Assembly: GCA_937959375.1 (NCBI GenBank)
Contig: CALGLS010000047.1
Location: 1-42,942 of the forward strand
Direction: 5' to 3'
DNA length: 42,942 bases
DNA from: an uncultured Saprospiraceae bacterium
GTDB lineage: Bacteria; Bacteroidota; Bacteroidia; Chitinophagales; Saprospiraceae
In this document: piece after piece, positions 34,488-42,942 of the stretch
Layout of the letters: every line of letters starts with the position of its first letter
Numbering within the stretch: position 1 is the first letter of the stretch
Notes under the pieces: generated by a model
What the model saw: only the letters and a program-made list of their open reading frames with translations
Database searches by the model: none
Told to the model about the DNA's origin: nothing
Made by a program: the position numbers and the translations under genes

Positions 34488-36074
34488 TCACAAAACTTCG
34501 TATTCCATCCAATCAAAATCAGCACAGACTCCTTCCCCCGTCAAATCCTGACAACAAAGCCCAACAAAAGCCCCAGTAAAAGCAGGTCGGTATCGAATTT
34601 TCTCATCCCTAACATAATCATCCGACAATATACTTGCATCCAAAACAGGACCTATCGGATGCCAATCATTTTCCGTAAGGGCATAATAAAACTGCAAAGA
34701 CTCCCGACGCATTTCTGCTTTTAGCAAAACACCTACTCCCTTTCCAATATCAATCGGATCATCTAATGGCTCTGTGAACTTATGCTTGTCGCAAGTTACA
34801 ATATTCAACAAACGATGAGTACTTTCATCGGTGCTAAGATGAAGGTAATGAAAATGATAGGTATTGTAATAAAAAATCAATCCCGCCATTTGCTGAAAGG
34901 AACTTGGTTCGAATTCTAAATAAGTAGTTACCGAAATATCAAAATGTTGGATTCGGCGTGCGACCAGACTTTGCTCATGAAAAGAGCTCAGCGATTCACG
35001 GCCATACAAACGCAGAAATCCTGAGCGCGCAGTTAGCGTACACCAGTCCTCCGCAACAGGCACCCTAAGTGACTGAAAATCAATAGAAAGAAAACTTTGA
35101 TCAAAGTGATATTTTATTGATTCTGACTTAGTAATCGAAGTAGTTTCAATACTTGGTACTTCTGTACGAGGCACTTTCCCTGTTAACAAATAAGGCCAGC
35201 CATCATCGCTCCAAGCCAACTGTTCAATCGCAGTTTCGCGTCCGAGTATGCAAAACCCCTGCTCAGTCAAAGGGCGGCCAACTAGAAAAACAATGTACCA
35301 ATCTCCATCTTGAGTTTGCACTAAATCGGCGTGACCTACTTTTTGAAGTGGCGCGCTAGGGTGATTCCTTGCCGTTAGAATTGGATTGTCAGGATGAACT
35401 TCATAAGGCCCTGTAATTTGTTTTGAGCGAGCGACGGTAACGGCATGCCCATATTCCGTTCCTCCTTCTGCTGTGATTAGATAATAGTATGCTCCCTTTC
35501 GGTAAAAGTGCGGAGCTTCGGTAAGGCCTAGTTCCGTACCCTCAAATATTTTATGTTGGACTCCAATTAATTTTTGAGCAAGCGGATCGTATTCTCGCAA
35601 TATAATACCACCAAATAATTTTCCTTTTCGGTGATCCACAATCATTGATGAAAAATACTTCCGCCCGTCATCATCATGAAACAGGGAACCATCAAAACCT
35701 ACTGAAGTCAGATAAACAGGATCCGACCAATCGCCCAATATATCTTTGCTTGTCACCAAATAATTCGGTGTGTCTTTCCAGTTACCGTCAAAGCTTCGCA
35801 CATTACTATACACCAAATAGAAAATCCCATTATCATAAGTCAAGCAGGGAGCCCATACACCACAAGAATCGGGGTTGCCCCGCATATCTAATTGCGACAA
35901 GCGATTCAAAGGTTGCGCAATCACTTCCCAATTTATTAAATCTTTGGAATGATGGATTTGCACTCCAGGAAACCATTCGAAGGTAGAGGTAGCAATGTAG
36001 TAGTCCTCTCCTACTCTGATAATGGAAGGATCTGGATTGAAACCTTTTAGTATTGGGTTATTTATTTTTTTCAT
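34488..36074 (-). CDS. glycoside hydrolase family 43 beta-xylosidase/alpha-L-arabinofuranosidase
   Basis: The N-terminus NPILKGFNPDPSIIRVGEDYYIATSTFEWFPGVQIHHSKDLINWE is the classic two-domain GH43 (XynB-like) opening. TEAPHFYRKGAYYYL contains the catalytic acid region. A C-terminal beta-sandwich domain is present. Confidence 0.85.
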   Translation of the reverse strand: MKKINNPILKGFNPDPSIIRVGEDYYIATSTFEWFPGVQIHHSKDLINWEVIAQPLNRLSQLDMRGNPDSCGVWAPCLTYDNGIFYLVYSNVRSFDGNWKDTPNYLVTSKDILGDWSDPVYLTSVGFDGSLFHDDDGRKYFSSMIVDHRKGKLFGGIILREYDPLAQKLIGVQHKIFEGTELGLTEAPHFYRKGAYYYLITAEGGTEYGHAVTVARSKQITGPYEVHPDNPILTARNHPSAPLQKVGHADLVQTQDGDWYIVFLVGRPLTEQGFCILGRETAIEQLAWSDDGWPYLLTGKVPRTEVPSIETTSITKSESIKYHFDQSFLSIDFQSLRVPVAEDWCTLTARSGFLRLYGRESLSSFHEQSLVARRIQHFDISVTTYLEFEPSSFQQMAGLIFYYNTYHFHYLHLSTDESTHRLLNIVTCDKHKFTEPLDDPIDIGKGVGVLLKAEMRRESLQFYYALTENDWHPIGPVLDASILSDDYVRDEKIRYRPAFTGAFVGLCCQDLTGEGVCADFDWMEYEVL

Positions 36075-36236
36075 TTTGATAACACTGTGGTGATTGCTAA
36101 GTTAAGAAAAGATAAGTAACCTGAGTTTTGGATGACTCATGTAATTTCTAAAAACGTGATAGTTAAATTCGCTTGAATTTCAGTCATCGGATTTCACAGC
36201 TTGATCGAAAATTTATTTTGGTCTTTGGAGCAGGGA

Positions 36237-36409
36237 TTAAACCTGTCGAGTTTATCTGGCTAGTCCATCATGCAGAAAATAAAATGTAAAACCGCAAAAG
36301 TCAAAATGTAAAAGTTTTCCCACTATCGTAAATACACATTGTTTGCTACTGTATTCGTCCACTTTTACATTTTGCCTGGCGGCCTGTCAGATAAACCCAA
36401 CAGGCTTAA
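36237..36409. repeat. nested imperfect inverted repeat in an intergenic region (structured RNA or MITE-like remnant)
   Basis: Outer arms ttaaacctgtcgagtttatctg (36237..36258) and cagataaacccaacaggcttaa (36388..36409) pair at about 19 of 22 positions. Inner arms aaaatgtaaaagt (36303..36315) and acttttacatttt (36361..36373) pair perfectly at 13 bp. There is also a direct repeat of aaaatgtaaaa at 36281 and 36303. Confidence 0.5.
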
Positions 36410-36602
36410 AAATTTGACAAGAAGTGATGTCGTCAAAAATCCAGCTAACTGAATTGTTGCTCGACCTATAAAGTCCGGCAACCGAAGCCCCTGACTAGTT
36501 ACTTAAAGTCTATCTAAAACAGGTAGCGCAACCTATGAATACCCTTTCCTTTAAGCAAAAGAAATCTAATCCAAAAATTTAGCTCTATATTGTTTCTTTT
36601 CC

Positions 36603-36636
36603 TATTTTTGATTGTCAGACAACAGGTTTACCTTTG
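36603..36636 (+). promoter_or_regulatory. candidate Bacteroidota-type promoter (-7 TAnnTTTG boxes) for the OmpA-like lipoprotein gene
   Basis: Two matches to the TAnnTTTG -7 consensus: TATTTTTG at 36603..36610 and TACCTTTG at 36629..36636. TTG triplets lie about 20 bp upstream of the second. The region is 80-115 bp upstream of the ATG at 36718. Pattern match only. Confidence 0.25.
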
Positions 36637-36717
36637 TTTTAGTTATATTCAATATAACATAAAACTCTTTCGTATATAATCTATTTCTTAACAAAACCTA
36701 TTAAATCAATTCAGTCA

Positions 36718-37632
36718 ATGAACTCAATCATCAAATTAACCAGTTTATTAAGCCTCTGTTTATTCTTGGCATCTTGCGTTAGCAATAAAAAGTTTAACGC
36801 TATGCAGACTAGTCTAAAAGAGGATTTGTCACAAGCAAACAAAGACTTAGGCATTTGTGGAGAAGACCTCAATAAATACATGAACAAATTAAGTGCTTGT
36901 GAGCAAGAAAAAGAAAATTTAAAATCGACTATTAAATTTAAGGGTGAACAAGAAGCTGACCTGAGAGCACAATTAGCTGATACTAAAAAGGTGCGAGATA
37001 AACAATTAACTCAGGTAGGAGACCTAACGGTACTTTCTCAATCTGCCAATGAGAACATCAAGGAGACCTTAAGTCAATTAGAGCGAAAAGACAAATACAT
37101 CAATCTTCTACAAGCTGCAAAAACGAAAGCGGATTCTATTAATTTAGCATTAGCTGTTAACTTGAAAGGAGTGCTTACTCAAGGTATTGACGACAACGAT
37201 GTAGAAATCAAAGTGGACAAAACGGTCGTATTTATCAATATCTCAGATAAAATGCTTTACCAAAGTGGAAGTTCCAACCTGACTGCTCGAGCCAATGATG
37301 TACTCGGAAAAATTGCAAAGATTGTAGAATCACGACCAGAGTTAGAAGTCATGATAGAAGGCTACACCGATAATGTTCCTATGAGCAATTCTTGTATCGA
37401 AGACAATTGGGATTTAAGTGTAAAGCGGTCTACTGCAGTGGTCAGAGCGCTACAAAAAAACTATGGGGTGAATCCAAACAGATTGATTGCTGCTGGACGA
37501 GGAGAATACAATACGCTTGCCAGTAATGATACTGCTGAAGGAAGATCAACCAATAGAAGAACTAGAATTATTCTTCTACCAAAGTTGAATCAATTTTATG
37601 ATTTATTGAATCCAGCAACTGCTCCAAAATAA
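36718..37632 (+). CDS. OmpA/MotB-domain lipoprotein with a coiled-coil N-terminal half
   Basis: Lipobox LFLAS-C (Cys20). Heptad-like charged region (LKEDLSQANKDL...EQEKENLKSTIKFKGEQEADLRAQLADTKK). C-terminal OmpA-like domain (MIEGYTDNVPMS...NWDLSVKRSTAVVRALQ...AEGRSTNRRTRIILLPK). Confidence 0.8.
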   Translation: MNSIIKLTSLLSLCLFLASCVSNKKFNAMQTSLKEDLSQANKDLGICGEDLNKYMNKLSACEQEKENLKSTIKFKGEQEADLRAQLADTKKVRDKQLTQVGDLTVLSQSANENIKETLSQLERKDKYINLLQAAKTKADSINLALAVNLKGVLTQGIDDNDVEIKVDKTVVFINISDKMLYQSGSSNLTARANDVLGKIAKIVESRPELEVMIEGYTDNVPMSNSCIEDNWDLSVKRSTAVVRALQKNYGVNPNRLIAAGRGEYNTLASNDTAEGRSTNRRTRIILLPKLNQFYDLLNPATAPK

Positions 37633-37661
37633 TCCAATAACTAGAACTCTCTCTAGTTGCT

Positions 37662-37706
37662 TCTGTCTGGTATGGCTGCTTTATCAAAAGTACTATACCA
37701 GGCAGA
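37662..37706 (+). terminator. hairpin downstream of the OmpA-like lipoprotein gene (possible weak terminator)
   Basis: Arms tctgtctggtat (37662..37673) and ataccaggcaga (37695..37706) pair at 12 bp with one G-U and a 21-nt loop. There is no clear T-tract afterwards, so terminator function is uncertain. Confidence 0.3.
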
Positions 37707-37918
37707 TGATAAGGCTAGATTTTACATAAATTTTCCCTTTCTTAATTTCTAGGACACTCTTAATGATTCGTTCTTGACTTAGTCCAAGAATCAACAATTT
37801 CCCTTTCGCTCTAAGCGTATATTCTCCCGCAAGTTTACCAACGACACTTTTTATAAAATAGCCTTTGTGAATCACAATTGTAAATGTCTTAAATTTCCAT
37901 CTTCTCGTTCATTCCTCC

Positions 37919-37955
37919 TCAAAAAAAAACGCTCTCAAAAAATGAGAGCGGCTTT
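37919..37955 (-). terminator. rho-independent terminator of giant gene 3
   Basis: Stem cgctctca (37930..37937) / tgagagcg (37943..37950) with a 5-nt loop. On the minus strand it is followed by 9 T (the a-run at 37921..37929). Lies about 100 bp downstream of the stop at 38054. Confidence 0.7.
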
Positions 37956-38053
37956 TATAATTATCAAATCGATTTCCTTTCCGTTTGAGTCTGTTAGTCA
38001 ATCCTCATCATGACGTGTTCTTTGTTTGCATATAGCAGCTTAGCTCTTTTTGT

Positions 38054-41000
38054 CTAATTCTTGATGAGAACCGGTGCTTTTGCTTCACAACAAGAGCAGT
38101 CCAAATCATCACAGTCTGCTTGCCCATCACCATCATTATCGATTCCATCATCACATATTTCTGCACAAGCAGCTCCAACGGTAAGTGTAACAACTGCAGT
38201 TGCAAAACATCCACTAATATCATTTTCAACTCTTGCGTAAATAGTTGAATTAGGGCTATCATATGAACTAGTTAAGTCATTGACTCCATTTTGAGCATCG
38301 GACAAAGTCACATATAAGGATACTGTTACTCCTGTAGCTCCTCCTGAGACATCCGTATTTACATCGGGTAAGAAAAAAGTTCCAGAACCTGCTCCGCTTG
38401 AATTATCACAAGTAGTGAGTGTTGCAGGGTTTGCTATCGGAATACAAATTGTTTCTTCACAATCTGTCAAGCCATTCAAATTATCATCAAAACCATTATC
38501 ACAAATTTCTGGGCAAGAGCTATCTTGTAAAGTCAAAGAAATATAATTACTGGCACAAGAATTACCATCAGCAACTTGAATAGAATCATAAATACCAGTA
38601 CTTAAACCAGTTAATAAAATCTCATTACTTGCATTTAAGGTTTGGGCAAAAATTGTATCCCAAACACCATTGTATTTATAAGAAATATCATACGGCCCGC
38701 CGTCACCTAAATAACAATCTAAAACGTCTAAAGTTATATCCTCACAAATATTGGATCCAATATTACCAGAAATATTGGGTATACAAGAAGTTGCCCCTAA
38801 TCCGTAAACCATATTATTAAGCCCTCCGGTAACAGCTCCGCCAGGGCTAAGTAAATCAGCTTGAAAATTACAAGCCACCCCTGCTAAATTTGGAAAATCA
38901 ATGACATGAATTGAATTAATACCGCCGTTTGCCCCTAAACCAGTAGATGCATAAATACGGCCATCAGGCCCATTCATAAGACCTCCGATTTGCGAATCAG
39001 AACCTACTATGATTCCGCTATTTTCAATATCAGTAGCATCTCCAGCACTTAAGTTATATTGCACTATATTGTCACCTCCGCTTAGTCTTCTATATGTTGT
39101 ATACAGCTTCGTCCCATCTGGAGAAAATGCAACATCATAATTTACATAAGGATCAATAGGCACCGTTTTACTAAATGGGTTTAAATATAAAATGTTAGAA
39201 AACTGACCATTGCTTACATCAAAATTTGCAACCATCATTTCATGAGATTCAAATGGGTAAAATCCTAAAGTTGCCGCAAATCTATATCCGTCTAAAGAGA
39301 AAGCTGAGCTATAACGTTGATCAGTATCTTTATGAATATTAGCTGTTACGACAGGTGCTTCAAAACCAGCGCTCGTCCATCGAATAGCCTCCATATCCAA
39401 TTCATTTCTATAAACTATCCAAGTCGTATCACAAGAAACCTGAACTGCACTAATACTCTCCGACATAGCATAGGCTGTTAGTTGTGTAGGATTACTTATT
39501 GTACCTGCCGGAACATTTACAATAACATAGTAAAGTTCTGGAGTAGCTCCGCCATGATCATCTGTGAAGAAAATATACAATTCCTCATTGGCATTACATT
39601 GCCCTGGAGCGGGAACAATTATAGGTGTTCCAGCAGCACTTGCCAAATTAGAGGACAGGGTATTAAAACGATTTTGTGCATCTGAAGTTGAAAATTCATT
39701 TCCATCTTTATCCCATGCTTTTCTACCATCTGAATAAATAAGCACTTCACCAGATCTAGGATCACAAAATGTTGCTCCACCCTCTTGTTTGGGCATAAAT
39801 GATGTCGTACCTAAATCGGCAAAAGTTGAAGGATATCCAGCTAAAGGGCCAGATGTTTGTAATTGATTAAAATCTAATCCACCTCCACTTCCAGTATGCC
39901 ATACATTATAGGTAGCTGTAACTAGTGTATCTCCTGTTGTACATATTTCGGGAACTGAGCATCCACAATCGAAATCCATGCAATCTGCCAAACCATCTCC
40001 ATCATTATCAATTCCGTCATTACATATTTCAGCACAAGGAACAATAACTACATCTACACTTGCAGGACTTGTTGCAATAACAATAGCATTGCTTTCATTT
40101 GCACAACCTGAATTATCAGATGTGGTATATACTTGAAGTACATAGGAACCACTTGTACTAGCCGAGAAGGTCGTTGCTGTCGTACCTGATGATACCACTA
40201 CTCCATCTCTAAGCCATTCATAAAAAAACCAATTACTTTCTATTGTATTATCCGTTGCACTTAACAGTACTGGTTCGCCTGGACATACTGAAGTCAAGTT
40301 CGTTTCAATATCAACATCACTTCCACACATCGCCAAATAAATACCATCTATTGCTATATCATTCCCTGTAGTACCACGTTTTGTATTTACAATCCGCATT
40401 TCAGCAGTAGTCGCCGTTCCTGAATTCCATAAGCCATTCATTTGAAACCAAATCATAGAATCTGCTCGTGATTGTTGTGGAACCTCAAATGAAGCACTTG
40501 GCAATAAAACATCATTAATATAAAAAGAAAAATTAGGTACAGGTTGTATCCCAGCTTCAAGGTAAAATATATTTTTTGCCCATGCACTAAATACAAAATC
40601 AGTATTGGGACATACATCAACCGTCTGTCTCCATATATCATCATTTACCCCAGTAGAAGCACTCGGATCTGCTGCTAGAAAATTACCATCTATTACATTT
40701 CTATCAACAGCCTTCCATATATTATAAGTGTTGGACAATGTATTATCAAGGATAACCGAATAGTTTCCATAATTACCATTAGTATTAAAAACTGGAAATG
40801 ATACGTAGTTATAGTCTGAATCAAATCCAACATTTCCATCATCAAATTCTCCATTGATAACTAGATTGGGGCCTAAGATAAGACAGATAGAATCTAAAGG
40901 ACAAGGACAATCAACATCTGCACAATCAGCAAAAGTATCACCATCATCATCTATTCCATTATCACATATTTCTACACCTGATAATATCAATCCTGCATCC

Positions 41001-42942
41001 CACGTATTATCATAATTACCACTAGTAACAGTAAATACTTCTGTACGATTAGTACTTGAATTAAAATCAGAATCTGAAGGGTCACTTGAACCATTTGGTC
41101 CTTGAGTGGCATAACTTACACCTGACGGTAAATTCAATTCTAGAAAATAATTTCCTGAAGGAACTTCTGAAAACAAATAATATCCTCGATTACCATTATT
41201 GTCATTTGAAGTAATCACAGAGTCTATTGGAATTGTAGGATTATTGTTATTGTATAAATAAATGGTCACTCCATTAATACCTTCCGAAGTAGATTCATCT
41301 TGCACTCCATTTCCATTCGCATCATTCCAAACATAATTTCCGATGGCACCAGTAGTAGATGTATGCAAACCTAAATCCCAACTTAAATCGTAGGCAAAAT
41401 TATCTAAAGTTACAACGGGAGTTATCGCTACATCAAATCCATTATAGGTTGCAGCTATCCCATCAGAATCAACCGCGTCATTTCCACCTGCATCAGTTGT
41501 TGTAATATCCATAGCCGCAGGTTTATAAAAAACGGCATAATAATCACCATCATCCAGATTTGGAAAAAGATAATATCCTCCATTCGCAGTCACCGTAAAA
41601 TTGATAAATCTATCTGATGCAGGATCTGAAATCCCATCTCCATTATCTTCAAATAATTCTACTCGAACGCCATTGATTCCAGGTTCGCCTCCGTTTTGAA
41701 TTCCATTTTGATTCGTGTCTTCCCACACAAAATCACCGAATACATTTGGAACAATATTATTTAAATCAATACCTACTTTTACAGGTTCTGATGCTAATGT
41801 ATAATCTCCATTGTCTGTTCGTCTTCCGATATATCCAAATGAATTCCATGCAATAGAATCAGGTTGTGCTCCTATGGTTGAAAAAATATTTACAGGAACC
41901 CGCATTGCCCAAGCTAATTGAACAGTATCCATAGGTTGTAACACCGTACTTCCAAAATCAAATTTCAAGGAACGAACCGTTGTTAAATCGGTGGGAATAG
42001 TTGCCGACCAATTTGGAGCGACACATCCTGCTGGCCCTGAAGGTACTAGTCCTTCATCAGCTCGACATGGATTAGCGACTGTACTATAATAAACGGTTAT
42101 TCCTGCTGGAGCACTTACTGAACTCACCAAATTTGGTTGCCAACGAGAATCTCTATTCGTTACATCAATTACACCTATATCTCCTACTGATGGTAAAATG
42201 TCAATTACGATTACACTATCCATTGGAATATTTCCTGGATTTCGAACTTCTAAAATATAATCCGCTAGACCTCCAGGTACAGAATTCCCGACATCTGGAA
42301 ATTTAGTGTAGGTTTCATCGAATTGTCCTTTTACCAATTTTTCACTTTCCAATGCTAATAATTCATTGATATTCACCGCTACTCTATTTCCACAAAACAA
42401 TTCACTTACATCTCCATCATTATCAAAGTCATAAATATCAGCATCTCGAATTCCACTTATACAATCTGTAGCATTAGGCGTTTGAATATAAGTATCATTA
42501 TAAAATGCAGGTAATCCACCGACCGCCTCATCTGTAATTTCTGTATTAAATGCTATCACAACTCTTTCCCCTGGAGGAATTTCTATTCCTGCAGGCCATT
42601 CCCATTTTAAAAATTCTCTTCCTGTACCTTGATAATCTGAAATAAATGTGAACGTTGGGTCAGGAAAACCATAAGTATTTCCCCAGCCTGGCAAACTCCA
42701 CGTCCCAGAAACATATTCCATTCCTTCTGGCAATAAATCATATGCAATAGGATTTACTACGGAATAAACTGCTCCTAATTCATTTCTTATAGCTATTTGA
42801 AAAACGATTACATCACCTCGATCATGTGTTCCACTTGGCCATATACTTTTAACAGGATTTAATTTTGCGATACCTGCTTCTGCAAGAATTGTTAAATCAA
42901 CACACTCATCTCTTAATTCAAAATTAGGTGAAGTCGTACTTA
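38054..42942 (-). CDS. giant modular cell-surface/adhesin-like protein 3 (5'-truncated by the window edge; more than 1629 aa)
   Basis: The track begins at an internal TTG (42733). My translation of 42734..42940 in the same frame has no stop (...DRGDVIVFQIAIRNELGAVYSVVNPIAYDLLPEGMEYVSG), so the ORF runs off the window. Order of parts: DUF11-like repeats (G-x-V-x-F-x-I-x-x-x-N-x-G ... LP-x-G-x-x-YVSG); two SdrD-B-like repeats (GDFVWEDTNQNGIQNGGEPGINGVRVELF; GNYVWNDANGNGVQDESTSEGINGVTIYLY); a CBM/galactose-binding-like domain (GNDIAIDGIYL); an Ig-like domain; a propeller-like region (FSPDGTKLYTT, GPDGRIYAS); four Cys/Asp motifs. It ends ...DCSCCEAKAPVLIKN. Confidence 0.85.
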   Translation of the reverse strand, partial: STTSPNFELRDECVDLTILAEAGIAKLNPVKSIWPSGTHDRGDVIVFQIAIRNELGAVYSVVNPIAYDLLPEGMEYVSGTWSLPGWGNTYGFPDPTFTFISDYQGTGREFLKWEWPAGIEIPPGERVVIAFNTEITDEAVGGLPAFYNDTYIQTPNATDCISGIRDADIYDFDNDGDVSELFCGNRVAVNINELLALESEKLVKGQFDETYTKFPDVGNSVPGGLADYILEVRNPGNIPMDSVIVIDILPSVGDIGVIDVTNRDSRWQPNLVSSVSAPAGITVYYSTVANPCRADEGLVPSGPAGCVAPNWSATIPTDLTTVRSLKFDFGSTVLQPMDTVQLAWAMRVPVNIFSTIGAQPDSIAWNSFGYIGRRTDNGDYTLASEPVKVGIDLNNIVPNVFGDFVWEDTNQNGIQNGGEPGINGVRVELFEDNGDGISDPASDRFINFTVTANGGYYLFPNLDDGDYYAVFYKPAAMDITTTDAGGNDAVDSDGIAATYNGFDVAITPVVTLDNFAYDLSWDLGLHTSTTGAIGNYVWNDANGNGVQDESTSEGINGVTIYLYNNNNPTIPIDSVITSNDNNGNRGYYLFSEVPSGNYFLELNLPSGVSYATQGPNGSSDPSDSDFNSSTNRTEVFTVTSGNYDNTWDAGLILSGVEICDNGIDDDGDTFADCADVDCPCPLDSICLILGPNLVINGEFDDGNVGFDSDYNYVSFPVFNTNGNYGNYSVILDNTLSNTYNIWKAVDRNVIDGNFLAADPSASTGVNDDIWRQTVDVCPNTDFVFSAWAKNIFYLEAGIQPVPNFSFYINDVLLPSASFEVPQQSRADSMIWFQMNGLWNSGTATTAEMRIVNTKRGTTGNDIAIDGIYLAMCGSDVDIETNLTSVCPGEPVLLSATDNTIESNWFFYEWLRDGVVVSSGTTATTFSASTSGSYVLQVYTTSDNSGCANESNAIVIATSPASVDVVIVPCAEICNDGIDNDGDGLADCMDFDCGCSVPEICTTGDTLVTATYNVWHTGSGGGLDFNQLQTSGPLAGYPSTFADLGTTSFMPKQEGGATFCDPRSGEVLIYSDGRKAWDKDGNEFSTSDAQNRFNTLSSNLASAAGTPIIVPAPGQCNANEELYIFFTDDHGGATPELYYVIVNVPAGTISNPTQLTAYAMSESISAVQVSCDTTWIVYRNELDMEAIRWTSAGFEAPVVTANIHKDTDQRYSSAFSLDGYRFAATLGFYPFESHEMMVANFDVSNGQFSNILYLNPFSKTVPIDPYVNYDVAFSPDGTKLYTTYRRLSGGDNIVQYNLSAGDATDIENSGIIVGSDSQIGGLMNGPDGRIYASTGLGANGGINSIHVIDFPNLAGVACNFQADLLSPGGAVTGGLNNMVYGLGATSCIPNISGNIGSNICEDITLDVLDCYLGDGGPYDISYKYNGVWDTIFAQTLNASNEILLTGLSTGIYDSIQVADGNSCASNYISLTLQDSSCPEICDNGFDDNLNGLTDCEETICIPIANPATLTTCDNSSGAGSGTFFLPDVNTDVSGGATGVTVSLYVTLSDAQNGVNDLTSSYDSPNSTIYARVENDISGCFATAVVTLTVGAACAEICDDGIDNDGDGQADCDDLDCSCCEAKAPVLIKN

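Noticed and set aside
36388-36478. Short strings resembling RNase P RNA conserved regions (cagataaacccaacaggctta compared with ACAGAACCCGGCUUA; ataaagtccgg compared with GGAAAGUCCGGG)
   Set aside because: On the plus strand they are in the wrong order, with the CR-V-like string before the CR-I-like string. The matches are imperfect. Other universal RNase P elements, such as the GGGUGAAAGGGUGCGGUAAG region, are missing. The first string is better explained as one arm of the inverted repeat at 36237..36409.
37693-37875. 60-aa minus-strand ORF between the OmpA-like lipoprotein gene and the terminator of giant gene 3
   Set aside because: No family is recognisable. It lies downstream of a strong terminator with no evident promoter, and its 3' end overlaps the hairpin at 37662..37706. 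I cannot rule out a real small protein, so I did not call it.

Overview
AT-rich window (roughly high-30s % GC by eye, not computed) that looks like chromosomal DNA from a Bacteroidota bacterium. The support is weak: a kynurenine 3-monooxygenase, a WG-repeat protein, OmpA proteins with thrombospondin-type-3 repeats, and one TAnnTTTG-type promoter candidate. About half of the window (about 21.2 kb) encodes three giant, modular, signal-peptide-bearing surface or adhesin-like proteins on the minus strand: 5257..12723 (2488 aa), 13031..21871 (2946 aa) and 38054..42942 (more than 1629 aa, 5' end cut by the window edge). They are built from parallel beta-helix repeats, SdrD/Cna-B-like domains, an NHL propeller, LamG-like and discoidin-like domains, Ig-like domains and Asp-rich Ca-binding repeats. 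The domains are joined by 14 copies of a Cys/Asp-rich motif, EIC-x-(N/D)G-x-D-(D/N)-(D/N)-GDG-x-x-DC-x-D-x-DC. The most notable observation is that all three end in the same very short tail, C-x(1-3)-C-[EG]-A-[KQ]-A-P-V-[IL]-x-K-x-stop. By eye I see no canonical T9SS C-terminal domain and no TM-anchored sorting signal, so this may be an undescribed sorting or attachment tag. The remaining genes are ordinary metabolism and envelope functions: kmo, an allantoicase-like gene, a family III CoA-transferase, a gabD-like aldehyde dehydrogenase, a large SAM methyltransferase, a crotonase, a GH43 xylosidase, three OmpA-family proteins, a Pmp3/YqaE-fusion membrane protein and a 1280-aa WG-repeat protein. 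I see no tRNA, rRNA, CRISPR array, transposase, integrase or phage genes. One long intergenic region (36075..36717) contains a nested imperfect inverted repeat of unknown function.
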